Shown in pieces: positions 9,518-18,883 of a stretch of DNA of 64,000 nt. The stretch lies in IMG/VR virus record IMGVR_UViG_3300005573_001621, one strand, 5' to 3'. Origin of the DNA: a virus. Made by a program: the position numbers and the translations under genes. The number at the start of each line of letters is the position of its first letter. The first letter of the stretch is position 1. Below the pieces are notes generated by a model. That model was not told the origin of the DNA. It did no database searches and was given only the letters and a program-made list of their open reading frames with translations.

Positions 9518-10288
9518 ATGGATATTCTAGTTGATTATTTCCCTGAGTTAGCTTTTAGTGGAGAATTAAGAACTACGGAGAGTCCGACTGGTCCCATTAA
9601 AACGCTAGTTGAAGGGCTTTCGAAAGCTTCATTGACATCAGATTTGAAGCTTTATAAAGTAGGCCCTATCACTCTCCAGCGAGCTAATGTCAGATCCGGC
9701 AACGGAAGATATTATCCAGCTTCTGTTGTTGAAAAAGCTGTTGAAGAAATCCAGCCAATAGTCAAGTCTATGCGATGCATCGGAGAGCTCGACCACGGAA
9801 ATAATCAAGAGCCCTTCCCTAAGTTGAAAGAAGCTTCACACGTTATCACTTCTTTGTGGTTTGATAAGCCATCTAAAACAGTTCGAGGGACTTTTGTTAT
9901 TCTTCCTACTCCTAATGGCCAAGTTCTAAATACTCTTCTGGAAGCTGGAGTCAGCGTAGGAGTTTCAGTTCGTGGAGTAGGCTCTACGACTAAACGTTTA
10001 GTTGAAGGGCAGTCAGTAGAGTATGTCGATCAATTCAAAATCATTACGTACGAGTGTGTTTCGTGGGCTGGATTTAATGATCTGACTATCTCGAAGGAAG
10101 ATAAAAAGCTTGTTTCTACTCTGACTGAAGGGCTTAAGCTCTCAGCTCAAGATCCTTCACAGAGAGAAAAGCTAATTGAATCATTAAAAGAAGTTCAAAT
10201 GTGCTATTCGGGTCAATTACCAAAAAACCCGATGGAACGTTTGATCTTAGTCGCAAAACTTCTTACTAAAAGGAGGTTGCTTAAATGA
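9518..10288 (+). CDS. Prohead core protease (T4 gp21-like)
   Basis: QRAN..NGRYYP, GELDH, SHVIT, ILPTPNG, GVSVRGVGS. Confidence 0.92.
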   Translation: MDILVDYFPELAFSGELRTTESPTGPIKTLVEGLSKASLTSDLKLYKVGPITLQRANVRSGNGRYYPASVVEKAVEEIQPIVKSMRCIGELDHGNNQEPFPKLKEASHVITSLWFDKPSKTVRGTFVILPTPNGQVLNTLLEAGVSVGVSVRGVGSTTKRLVEGQSVEYVDQFKIITYECVSWAGFNDLTISKEDKKLVSTLTEGLKLSAQDPSQREKLIESLKEVQMCYSGQLPKNPMERLILVAKLLTKRRLLK

Positions 10289-11334
10289 ACAGGAAGATAT
10301 CAGAAATTCTTTCTAACGTCCCAATCAGTCTGGCTACTCCTATAGTCTCAGAGAAAACTGATATGACTTTGCTGAATGAGATCTCTGTTCTCCGTCAAAA
10401 CTATCAAGCTCTTAGAGAAGCTTTAAGGCAGATGGGCGAAGTTATTGAAGAGTCTCAAGAACAGGCTATTGCTCCTCTTACTGATGCTGTTAAGCAGTTA
10501 GGAACAATTCAAGAGAGCGCAGAAGGCGAACTTGAAGAGCTCAAGAAACGAGTAGAAGAGCTAGAGAAAGATCAGGCTGACTTAGTCGATGCATTCCAAG
10601 ATCTGTTAGATGTTTATGAAGCTAAAATCGAAGCAGATCGAGCTGCTGAAGAGGACTTGAGAGCTACGATTGAAGAGGCACTTGACTTAGAGACTGCGGT
10701 CGAGGAAGAAGAAGGCGTGAGCGACGAAGTTGTTGAGTTTGGGAACGCCGTTGTTGACGCGCTAGAAGACATCTACTCGAAAGTAAAAGATATTTCAGAT
10801 GCGATTCGGAGCCAGTTTATCGATACAAAGAAGATTATGGAAGCTGGCGAAACTGAGATCGAGACTGAAGAAAAGAAAGAAGAAGAAGAGAAAGGCGAAG
10901 AAGCTGATAAGGAAGCTATTGATGTGCTGGCTGACAAGTTCAAAAAGCTGCAGAAGCAATTGAGAGAGAAAGGCGAAAAAGAAGAGGAAGGAGAGAAAGA
11001 AGAATACGAAGATAAAGAGAAACCAGAAAGTGAAAAAGCTGACAAAGAAAAAGAAACAGACAAGAAAGAAGACGAAGATAAAGAAGAAAAAGCGAAAGAA
11101 GAAGTTCCTCCAGCTCCAGCTCCTCAGACTCAAGCGCCTGTTCCAGAAGAGACTAAGCAGAAGCCGATTTCTGAAACCGAAGAAGAAGAGGAAGACAAGA
11201 CTGGGATTGGGAAATTGATAGATCTTGCGAGGAAAGCTAAGCAAGTGAAGAAGACTCCCCAGCTCCCCCAGGGAGCAGAAGCATCTAAAGTTGAAACGAG
11301 TGGGGCAGTAGAAGAGAAGCCCTTTCGTACATAA
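10285..11334 (+). CDS. Prohead scaffold/core protein (gp22-like)
   Basis: Acidic coiled coil between protease and major capsid; many L/I-x-E sites; E/K low-complexity tail. Confidence 0.75.
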   Translation: MNRKISEILSNVPISLATPIVSEKTDMTLLNEISVLRQNYQALREALRQMGEVIEESQEQAIAPLTDAVKQLGTIQESAEGELEELKKRVEELEKDQADLVDAFQDLLDVYEAKIEADRAAEEDLRATIEEALDLETAVEEEEGVSDEVVEFGNAVVDALEDIYSKVKDISDAIRSQFIDTKKIMEAGETEIETEEKKEEEEKGEEADKEAIDVLADKFKKLQKQLREKGEKEEEGEKEEYEDKEKPESEKADKEKETDKKEDEDKEEKAKEEVPPAPAPQTQAPVPEETKQKPISETEEEEEDKTGIGKLIDLARKAKQVKKTPQLPQGAEASKVETSGAVEEKPFRT

Positions 11335-11452
11335 GGGCTGGTCCATTTACGAGGCTCGTGCAAATCTTTCTTCTTTAGATGAAAGTGAGCCCCAAACTGA
11401 GATGAGTCGGCTAATTGAGCTGACTCGTTCGACAAGGAGAAAAGGAAGATGA
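11312..11452 (+). other. Candidate +1 frameshift extension of the scaffold
   Basis: +1 frame is open 11312-11449 (..PFVHKGWSIYEARANLSSLDESEPQTEMSRLIELTRSTRRKGR*) and ends in an ATGA overlap with the capsid start; CCC TTT CGT at the junction. Confidence 0.5.
11404..11426 (+). promoter_or_regulatory. Stem-loop upstream of the capsid RBS
   Basis: GAGTCGGCT-AATTG-AGCTGACTC, 9 bp with one G.U pair. Confidence 0.4.
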
Positions 11453-12936
11453 TTAAACTATATCCTGATAAAGTAAGTTCTTCTGAGATTAGCTCTGAAG
11501 ATCGGGTGTTGATCGAAGGGCTCTTAAGAGAGAGCAAAACACTTCTGACGGAGTCTGCTCCATCGCCTCTTGCAACGCCAAGCGCCGTTTCAGCTAAGAG
11601 GTATAACTTGAAGGTGCTTCTTGAGAATGAAGCAGCCAGCCTCAAGCTCTTAACTGAAGGCTTGACAACTGGAGCAAATATAGCTCCGTTAGAAACGTAT
11701 ATCTATCCGGTCTTAACTAGGGCTTTAGTTAACTTACTTGCGTATGATCTGGTCTCTGTTCAGCCAGTTACTAGTACTTTAGCTCAAGTTCGTCTCTTAA
11801 AGTTCCGTCACGGCGTCAATCGTGGCAATATCTCTGAGGGAGCTCCAGCATTACCTTCTTTTGAAAGTAATGTTTCGTTCTCCCCATACTACAGCGGCCC
11901 GTATATAGAAGACGAACCCTGGAATCGAGACTCGGCTCAATTTACCGTGTCTGCTTCTGGAGGCACGGCATCGAAGTCAGTAGAGTATCCAATCACTGGT
12001 AATCTTACTCTTAAGGGTACTGTAGGCACAACGAGTTTTGAGCTGGATTTGACTGATGCTTTTGGTTCATCTAATAAGAAAACTATTATAACTAACATCT
12101 ACGCTTATAGAGACACTGGCAACAAAGTAACAATACTCAACGATGATGACGAAGCTGCTACTTTCACGAATGTGACGCTTTCTTACGTAACTTCGACTGA
12201 AGGCTTTCCAATTTCTCCGGAGTTTGAATTGACTCTAGAGAAATATCCGATCGAAGTAGAAGTCAGGAAGCTTCGCGCAACTGCAACGCTAGAAGCTTTG
12301 TTAGATCTTAGTTCTCATAATGTTGCATATGAGAGTGATCTAGCAGAGATTATGTCTGGAGAGTTGAGAGTAGAGCTCGACCGAACTGTTATAAGAGATC
12401 TTCTGAATGCTGCTACGAGTGCCGGCTATACGAGTACCTGGGACGGCGCGATTCCTGCTAATTGGCCAAGGCCCGTTGCAGATTACTACCGGAACTTGAT
12501 AGTAGAGATTGCAAAAGCTTCAGCAAAGATCTACAGACGGACTCGTCGAGCGCCAGCAAACTGGATCGTGACTTCGCCAGATATAGCGGCTCTCTTAGAG
12601 TCTGCGCAGTTGCTAGTTATGGGTGATACAGGCATAACAGATCTCCAGGGCTACGGCTTAATTCCTCTGGGAATTGTTTCAAGGAGATGGCGTTGCTACG
12701 TAGACCCTCTTATGCCAAGGAACAAAATACTCGTAGGTCTGAAAGGGGCAAGTATTTATGATGCAGGAGCGGTATTCGCACCTTATGTTCCGGCCATTCC
12801 AGTTCTCCAGCCGATTCGAGATGTGATGGTTCCTGAATTTGCATTCCACCTTGGGGTCTATACGGCCGCGGGGTATAAAGTCATAGATCCTGGCTTCTAT
12901 CATGTGATTACAGTGAATAATCTGTACGAGGCATAA
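11449..12936 (+). CDS. Major capsid protein (T4 gp23-like)
   Basis: LLEN, DLVSVQP, VRKLRAT.TLEA..DL, E.EL..IMS.E...ELDR.VI, ANWIVTSP, G....RW..YVDP, FAPYVP. Confidence 0.95.
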   Translation: MIKLYPDKVSSSEISSEDRVLIEGLLRESKTLLTESAPSPLATPSAVSAKRYNLKVLLENEAASLKLLTEGLTTGANIAPLETYIYPVLTRALVNLLAYDLVSVQPVTSTLAQVRLLKFRHGVNRGNISEGAPALPSFESNVSFSPYYSGPYIEDEPWNRDSAQFTVSASGGTASKSVEYPITGNLTLKGTVGTTSFELDLTDAFGSSNKKTIITNIYAYRDTGNKVTILNDDDEAATFTNVTLSYVTSTEGFPISPEFELTLEKYPIEVEVRKLRATATLEALLDLSSHNVAYESDLAEIMSGELRVELDRTVIRDLLNAATSAGYTSTWDGAIPANWPRPVADYYRNLIVEIAKASAKIYRRTRRAPANWIVTSPDIAALLESAQLLVMGDTGITDLQGYGLIPLGIVSRRWRCYVDPLMPRNKILVGLKGASIYDAGAVFAPYVPAIPVLQPIRDVMVPEFAFHLGVYTAAGYKVIDPGFYHVITVNNLYEA

Positions 12937-12955
12937 TAAAAGAGTAGTTAAAGCG

Positions 12956-13900
12956 ATGGTAGAGCTCGTTTGCTCGGTTTGCGGCAAGACTTATAGACGT
13001 AGGCCGAGTCATGTAGCAGGGAGCAAGTACTGTTCTGTTGAGTGCAAAAGAAAGGGCCTCTCAAAGATCATAACTCGAATCTGCCAGTACTGTGGAAAAG
13101 AGTACTCTGGGACTGCTCACGAGCTCAGCAGAAATCGTTTAAAATTCTGCTCAGCTCGTTGCGCGGCTCTTGCTCGTAAAGATCAAAGAGTCATAACTAG
13201 GGTTTGTCAGCATTGTGGGAAAGAATACTCTGGCTCTCCGTACCAGATGAAATTTCGCAAGAAGTTCTGTTCAGTAGAGTGCATGACTGCAGCACTCTCA
13301 AAGCCCAGAGTGTGCCAGCGATGCGGACAGCTGCTAGAAAAGACTAGAGGAAAGAAGATCAGGCGAAAATATTGCGATTCGTGTCGGCGAGAAGTTCTTA
13401 AGGAAAACGGAAAACGAAATGGAGCTTTAGCTCATGCTAAAGCACTCAATCTCCGTCGTACTCGAATATGCCGTCGATGCGGAAAAGAGTTTGTGCTTCC
13501 TCCTTTAGTCCAATGCCACAAGCGCTATTGTGATGACTGCCGTCGGATAGTTCACCGAGAGAACGGCGCTAAAGGAAATCTGGTTCTTGCTAAGAGAGGC
13601 AAAAGAACTTCAGCTGAGCTTCAAGCTAGGGAGTTCTTAGCATCTCTTGGGCTCCAGTTCGACGAGCAAGTGCAGATCGGTCCTTACGTCGCTGACTTTG
13701 TATTAAAAGATCAAAAAACGATAATCGAAGTCGACGGCGAGTACTGGCATTCTAGACAAGATGCAAAAGAGGCCGATACAGAAAAAGAGCAGTATTTAAG
13801 CTCTCTGGGCTATCGAGTCTTTCGTCTAGCTCAGAGCGCTAATCGTCCCTACGTCTTGACAGAATCGAGCAAACGAGCTCTGCTTGAAGCTTTAGCTTAA
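12956..13900 (+). mobile_element. Free-standing putative homing endonuclease: tandem Zn-ribbon repeats plus DUF559/Vsr-like (EDxHD) nuclease
   Basis: Repeated CxxCGKxY...KFCSxxC units; IGPYVADF..IIEVDGEYWH..D..K..YL..LGYRVFR. Confidence 0.75.
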
Positions 13901-13916
13901 TTAGAGGAACAAGAAA

Positions 13917-14234
13917 ATGAGGACTTTTAAGCTCTATATAGAAAAAGATGGCACTCCGACTCAGAACTTCAAACTCTGGATTGATGGAAAGCTTAAGCTC
14001 AACTTAACTCCGACTGAAGTAGGTAGCGGTGTTACTAAAGAAGTCAGTTGCTATCGCGATGGTCATTTCTTCAGCTTCCCTAACTGCACTCATAATCTGA
14101 ATGCCGGCTTTATGGGTTCTTCTCCAGTTTATACAATCATGACTCAGTATCCTTCTCGCAAATGGCTGTCTTATATTCCTCATAGAGATGCTGCTGGATA
14201 TAAAGTTGAAGTTGTGAGTGTCGTAGAGTCTTAA
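13917..14234 (+). CDS. Hypothetical beta-rich protein
   Basis: GAGG SD, intact ORF. Confidence 0.6.
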   Translation: MRTFKLYIEKDGTPTQNFKLWIDGKLKLNLTPTEVGSGVTKEVSCYRDGHFFSFPNCTHNLNAGFMGSSPVYTIMTQYPSRKWLSYIPHRDAAGYKVEVVSVVES

Positions 14235-14255
14235 ACTGTAAGTTAATCTTACGCT

Positions 14256-14298
14256 GAGAAGAGGGAGTTTGTAGCGAGAGCTGCAGCTTCCTCTTTTC
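14256..14298 (+). terminator. Long hairpin with GAGA (GNRA) tetraloop; terminator or RNase III site candidate
   Basis: GAGAAGAGGGAGTTTGTAGC-GAGA-GCTGCAGCTTCCTCTTTTC, about 19 bp with several G.U pairs, then TTGTT. Confidence 0.6.
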
Positions 14299-14299
14299 T

Positions 14300-14308
14300 T
14301 GTTAAAAT
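14300..14308 (+). promoter_or_regulatory. Extended -10 promoter candidate (TGtTAAAAT)
   Basis: 6 nt before the SD-less GTG at 14315. Confidence 0.4.
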
Positions 14309-14314
14309 GTTAAT

Positions 14315-14821
14315 GTGCTTAGAGCTTCAATCATCTCAGAAGAGCTACGTCAGACTCTCTTAAAGCTTCTTCAGTCAAAGCTCCCACTCGAAGCTCGACT
14401 CGATCTCCCTCCTTTAGTTTTTTCTAAATCAATATCAAATTTCCGATCTACTGTTTCAAAAGAACTCAAAAAGAGCGAGCTCTATTTGAGATATCGATTC
14501 GTCTTTGATCAGTTAGCTGAGCAGATCTTTGAGACTGATAAGTCTGGCGGGCTTAACTTTTTCCCTCTTTTAATAGAAGTAGTTTCAGGAGATCCAAGAC
14601 TCGAGCTAGCTGATTTCTGCGCTCGAGGGAGAGCTGCTGCGATAACTCTTGCTCCAAACAAATTTAATCATTGTATACTGAAATTGGGCTCTTTAGAAGC
14701 TTTATTCATTTATTCTATTACTCCAGGGTGGAGAGTCGGGAGATTTTTCTACTCTAAAAATCCAGGGGGCTTTTTGTGCTTTTGGGTAGCTCTAAAAGCT
14801 AAAAAAGCAAGAGCTAAATAA
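14315..14821 (+). CDS. Hypothetical protein
   Basis: Intact ORF, no SD. Confidence 0.55.
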   Translation: MLRASIISEELRQTLLKLLQSKLPLEARLDLPPLVFSKSISNFRSTVSKELKKSELYLRYRFVFDQLAEQIFETDKSGGLNFFPLLIEVVSGDPRLELADFCARGRAAAITLAPNKFNHCILKLGSLEALFIYSITPGWRVGRFFYSKNPGGFLCFWVALKAKKARAK

Positions 14822-14847
14822 GCATCGGACTCTCTGCTCTCAGTGCG

Positions 14848-14856
14848 TGCTAAAAT
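14848..14856 (+). promoter_or_regulatory. Extended -10 promoter candidate (TGcTAAAAT)
   Basis: 8 nt before the SD-less ATG at 14865. Confidence 0.4.
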
Positions 14857-14864
14857 AACTAGAG

Positions 14865-15143
14865 ATGGCAAGGACTTCTTATCGATCAGCTCTGCTTCCA
14901 GTAGAGTTTAAAAGAGTCTGGCATCTGCCACTAGTTAGAATGAAAGGCTTGAGTTTGATGCCATCGAATCCGTTTTCGGTGATCAGGGGACCTTTCTTTG
15001 GCATGAAGCTAGCTAAATCCCGATCAGCAGACACTATGAGTCTCTTCTGGAAATTTGACTCTTCTATTTCCGAACTCGGCGACGTCTATGCTTCAATTCT
15101 GCCTCGGAGGAGAACAAATATTTCTGTAGAGAAGCTTAACTAA
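14865..15143 (+). CDS. Hypothetical protein
   Basis: Intact ORF filling the gap. Confidence 0.55.
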   Translation: MARTSYRSALLPVEFKRVWHLPLVRMKGLSLMPSNPFSVIRGPFFGMKLAKSRSADTMSLFWKFDSSISELGDVYASILPRRRTNISVEKLN

Positions 15144-15145
15144 TT

Positions 15146-15553
15146 ATGTCTCGTTGGTCTTCAAAAAGTGATGTCTTAAATGTAGAAGCTTTAGAAGAGA
15201 TTTTTTCAGAAGTCAAAGCTCTTTCTGAAGCTGTTACAAAAGTTGACGACGAAATCAAGTCTGCTGTTGAGACTCTTACGAAAGCAATCGAAGAAGGAGC
15301 TTGGAAAGAGCTGCAACTCCCGGGTGTTTCATCGTTATTCAGAGACTTAGCAGATTTATTAGCTTCTAGAGAAAAGCTAGCTGGCTCTAAAAGAGCAGCT
15401 TTAGAATTAGCAGCAGAGCTGATTTTGCGTTTTAGAGAGCTCCAGCTAGAAGAGAAAAAATTAGAAAAAGATTCTGGATTAGACTTATCAGCACTCTTAT
15501 CTGCTCAGTCTGATCAGGAGTCTGAAAAACCAATAAAAGTTTTGAAAGATTAA
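15146..15553 (+). CDS. Helical coiled-coil protein, possible small terminase
   Basis: Size and two long amphipathic helices loosely like gp16-type TerS; unproven. Confidence 0.25.
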   Translation: MSRWSSKSDVLNVEALEEIFSEVKALSEAVTKVDDEIKSAVETLTKAIEEGAWKELQLPGVSSLFRDLADLLASREKLAGSKRAALELAAELILRFRELQLEEKKLEKDSGLDLSALLSAQSDQESEKPIKVLKD

Positions 15554-15569
15554 GAGAGGGTGATTTAAG

Positions 15570-16139
15570 ATGGCTAAAGATGTAATGCCAGAGTCTTGGC
15601 TTCCGTTTTATGGCGAGAGCGAATTACCCAGTAAGCACCGTGAGCCTTTTCGTCAAAATCTATTCATCTTAGAACTCTATCCGAAGACTTCTTCTCCTAC
15701 AGAAGATAATTTAAAACTGAAAATTTTCGGAAGGACGGCGTCTCTTCCTTCGATGACAGTCGCGGAGGTCGAGGATAACGTACTTACGCAGAGATATTAT
15801 CTGCAAGGGACTAAATATACTCCTGGAGAGCTCCGAGTTGACTTTCTTACTCAAATGAACCCAGAAGGGGGTAGAGGCACTTTTGACATTCTCTTCGAGT
15901 GGCTCCAGAAAGCAGTCCAATGGGTTTACCCTTGGGCAGCTGGATGGGCTCATAATTATTCTACTCACGGCTATATTTACTTGCTCGATTACAGCTTAAC
16001 TCCAGTCTTCGCATATGAGCTCTTTCGCTTGTGGCCAACTACTGCTGCGGATATCGCTCTAGATTATGCAACGGGAGAAATAATTCGGATCAGCACAACT
16101 TTCAGGTGCGACCGGTTTTTAGTACACCCTGTTGACTAA
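15570..16139 (+). CDS. Tail tube protein (T4 gp19-like)
   Basis: EP.RQNLF, TASLPS..V, LFEWL, YLLDY.L.PV..Y.L..LWPT...I.LDY......ISTTFRCD. Confidence 0.88.
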   Translation: MAKDVMPESWLPFYGESELPSKHREPFRQNLFILELYPKTSSPTEDNLKLKIFGRTASLPSMTVAEVEDNVLTQRYYLQGTKYTPGELRVDFLTQMNPEGGRGTFDILFEWLQKAVQWVYPWAAGWAHNYSTHGYIYLLDYSLTPVFAYELFRLWPTTAADIALDYATGEIIRISTTFRCDRFLVHPVD

Positions 16140-16149
16140 TTAGACTTCT

Positions 16150-16470
16150 ATGCCCTGGACGGATGCTAGCGCTTCAGATGTTATATCTCGAGCGCTAAAG
16201 TCAAGAAAATATAAGTCAGGATCAGATGAAATCAGCTTAGATGGGACCGTCTTGAGGTATCTTATCTATGGAAATGAAGTCGTCTCTTATGACTTAAGAT
16301 CAAAGCTTCTTAAAGTTCAGCTTCCGGTCTATATAGGAGACAAAGCTTCGGTTTCTACAGAAAGAAAGAAGAAACATTTTGTTCAGGGGCTTGTGCTTTT
16401 AGGATATTCACTCAAGCCCGCAGATAATTATACTGCGTCATTTCTAGAGCGTTTCATAAAGAGAGGCTAA
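16150..16470 (+). CDS. Hypothetical protein
   Basis: Intact ORF. Confidence 0.6.
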   Translation: MPWTDASASDVISRALKSRKYKSGSDEISLDGTVLRYLIYGNEVVSYDLRSKLLKVQLPVYIGDKASVSTERKKKHFVQGLVLLGYSLKPADNYTASFLERFIKRG

Positions 16471-16475
16471 TAAGA

Positions 16476-17060
16476 ATGAAAGGATTGAGAGAAAACGGGA
16501 TTGCAATTTCTCCCGAAGGGTTTGGTTTGAAACATCAATGGGGCTCTAGAGGGATCGCTAACCCCAGTCGTAAAACATTTGTATGTCCGAAGTGTCAAAC
16601 TCGAGTTAGTGTATGTACTCCAGCGAAGCCGATAATTGCTGGCGTTAAAGAAGAAGCTAAAGCAGTCGAGACTTTTGAGTGTCCTGTTTGCGGCACTCAG
16701 CTTTCATCGACATCTCTGAAAGAGCGCTTAGAAAGAATTAAGCAGCTTTCTAATGTCAGCATTTCAGAGAAAGAAGAGCCAGTAAAATTTGCTCAAGCTT
16801 CGATTAAGCAGATGGAAAAGAAAGGCACAATAGGAGCTTTAGGCAGACAGCTAAAGATCCCTGAAGGAAAAGATATTACTGATGTCTATTCCCCCGAAGA
16901 ACTCGTTTCTAAAGTTTATGAACCAGGTCGAGTCAGAACTCGGAGAAGGATTCTCTGGGCTGCAGCTCTGAATAAGAATAGGAGCCCATTCTGGGCGAAA
17001 GTTCTTTCTTTGATCAAGAAAGTTACGAAAAAAGAGAAGCGAGAAGAAGAGACAAAATAA
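16476..17060 (+). CDS. Zinc-ribbon protein with basic C-domain
   Basis: CPKC and CPVC; KGTIGALGRQLKIPEGK. Confidence 0.55.
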   Translation: MKGLRENGIAISPEGFGLKHQWGSRGIANPSRKTFVCPKCQTRVSVCTPAKPIIAGVKEEAKAVETFECPVCGTQLSSTSLKERLERIKQLSNVSISEKEEPVKFAQASIKQMEKKGTIGALGRQLKIPEGKDITDVYSPEELVSKVYEPGRVRTRRRILWAAALNKNRSPFWAKVLSLIKKVTKKEKREEETK

Positions 17061-17062
17061 GC

Positions 17063-17764
17063 GTGTCTAACAAGATCAAAAGGCTTTTCGAGTCGCTTCA
17101 ACGTCTTCGTCGCAAAGTTATCCAAGAAGACAATCAAGAAACAGGTCAAGAAATAAGCCCAAGCGAGTTCTATACACAGGAGGCAAAAAAAGAGCTCGAT
17201 ACTCGAGCGAAGGGCTTTCTCACGATGTCGAAGCGAGCTCTTAAAGAATTTATGCAAGATCCAGACACAACAGATCCTGATACTTACGGCTTGGGATCGG
17301 TCTTAGCACAGCACGATGATCCAGAATTATGGAAAGTCTGGGCTTCTAGACCCTGGGCGTTAGAGTGGATTGCAGCAGATTCATTAGTTGACTATCACGG
17401 AGGAGGACCGATCGGAATTGGCGAGACTGGTATTTCAGCTCTTATTCCGGAGCCAATCAAGAAAGAGGCTGTAAGAAAAAATAAGTTGAAATTCATAGAA
17501 ATTTTGAAAGACGCCGTTATACCAACAATCCACGTTGCTCGTTTTGACTTAAAAGAAGTAGGAGTGCCAGACGAGTTAGCTGACAAGCTCAAAGCTTACG
17601 CACAGCATCACGAAGGCGGATGGGTAGATCTCAAAGATCCAAGATTTGTTTCAATTACTCGAATAGACTCGGCAACTCGAGCAAAATATAAGATCCCTGG
17701 TTCAATCAAAAGCTTTTTTGACTTTTTATTAGAATGGATCTTTTCAAAAGTTCAAAAGTTGTAA
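17063..17764 (+). CDS. Hypothetical protein, candidate internal head protein
   Basis: N-terminal KRLFESL...VIQED protease-type motifs. Confidence 0.5.
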   Translation: MSNKIKRLFESLQRLRRKVIQEDNQETGQEISPSEFYTQEAKKELDTRAKGFLTMSKRALKEFMQDPDTTDPDTYGLGSVLAQHDDPELWKVWASRPWALEWIAADSLVDYHGGGPIGIGETGISALIPEPIKKEAVRKNKLKFIEILKDAVIPTIHVARFDLKEVGVPDELADKLKAYAQHHEGGWVDLKDPRFVSITRIDSATRAKYKIPGSIKSFFDFLLEWIFSKVQKL

Positions 17765-18087
17765 AGAGCCGAAAAGCCAGACTACAAGAAATCAGAAAGA
17801 TTTTGGAGTCTTTGTCTTCTAGCGGAGGGATTGCTCCTTTAGAATCTCCACTCCCAAGACCTGTCACACCACCGCTTTCAAGGCCTCCACTCAGAGCATT
17901 TGGCTCATCGAAAGCTCCACGAGCTTCAGTCCGAGGTTCTTTGTTGGCTAGATTTCAAGCAAACTTAGCTTTGATTGATGATTGGCTTTCGAGAGCATCA
18001 GCTGTTGATGAAACTAAATTCAATTTGCCCTCAGAATCAAAGAGAGTCTATATCCCTCTCTGGGCCGAGCTAGAGCTAGCAGAGTAG
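17734..18087 (+). CDS. Hypothetical Pro-rich protein, candidate internal head protein
   Basis: RLQEIRKILESL; start uncertain. Confidence 0.45.
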   Translation: MDLFKSSKVVKSRKARLQEIRKILESLSSSGGIAPLESPLPRPVTPPLSRPPLRAFGSSKAPRASVRGSLLARFQANLALIDDWLSRASAVDETKFNLPSESKRVYIPLWAELELAE

Positions 18088-18111
18088 CTCGCCGCAGAGC
18101 TATTCTTATAA

Positions 18112-18618
18112 GTGATGAGGAAAGTGGATGAGCTTGATTTATTAGTTCGAGAGCTCAACCAAACTCTGTGGCAGATTCAGGTCCTTTCTAACATCTTCAA
18201 AGCGCACCCTGAGAAACATCCCGAAAAAGCTTTAGATTCGTTGAGTTCTACCAGCAGAGTCTTGCTGGACTTCTTAGCAAAATTAGGGTGGGTTCGTCTC
18301 TCTGAAGTCTCTGATTCTGATCGCGAAGCATTTTGGATCTGGCATACAAGAAAGCAAAGAGAAATAACTTTAGTTCCTGGAGAAGTTTCAAAGGTCTACG
18401 ACCTTGAAAGAGCTTCCGTTGTTGAAGCGTTCCCTTCGATGTTGGTTAAGAAGTCAGGCCAGAAACTGACAGAGTCTGAGATGAAAGCCGTTACCGAGTC
18501 CATTAAACAGCAGCTTCGTGGTCATAAAGAATCTCCAAAAGAGTCTCTAAAAGGATCTCTGAAGCATCGAGCTGAAAAGAGAGCCCAAGAAAAGTCACGG
18601 CGGTCTGACGATGGCTGA
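18112..18618 (+). CDS. Hypothetical protein
   Basis: Intact ORF; LTES/VTES motifs. Confidence 0.55.
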   Translation: MMRKVDELDLLVRELNQTLWQIQVLSNIFKAHPEKHPEKALDSLSSTSRVLLDFLAKLGWVRLSEVSDSDREAFWIWHTRKQREITLVPGEVSKVYDLERASVVEAFPSMLVKKSGQKLTESEMKAVTESIKQQLRGHKESPKESLKGSLKHRAEKRAQEKSRRSDDG

Positions 18619-18883
18619 GAACTTTTTCTTGCAAGATCTTTACATCGCCTATTGTATGCTGATGTCTCTAGGGTTGAGCTTTGAAGAAGCAAGGAAATTG
18701 ACGCCGTCTCAGAGACGGATTCTTCTCAAAGAATATGAGAAGAAAGTCGCAGAAGAAACTGGCAAGAGCACTGCAGAAAGCGCTTCTACTGAGACTTTTG
18801 TTCTTCCAGAAGAGGTTAGAAAGAAGGTCGAAGCTTCGATAGAAAAAATTAAACAAAAGAGCATAATGGGAGGAAAGTTATGA
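18611..18883 (+). CDS. Baseplate/tail assembly accessory protein candidate
   Basis: LMSLGLSFEEARKLTPSQRRILL resembles tail-chaperone/gp51-type C-terminal helices. Confidence 0.4.
   Translation: MAENFFLQDLYIAYCMLMSLGLSFEEARKLTPSQRRILLKEYEKKVAEETGKSTAESASTETFVLPEEVRKKVEASIEKIKQKSIMGGKL

Noticed and set aside
12865-14207. AAGYKV shared by the capsid C-terminus and ORF 13917
   Set aside because: Six residues with divergent codons and no flanking similarity; likely chance
18600-18620. Lambda G/GT-type chaperone frameshift between 18112 and 18611
   Set aside because: No slippery heptamer in the overlap, and the upstream ORF does not look like a chaperone
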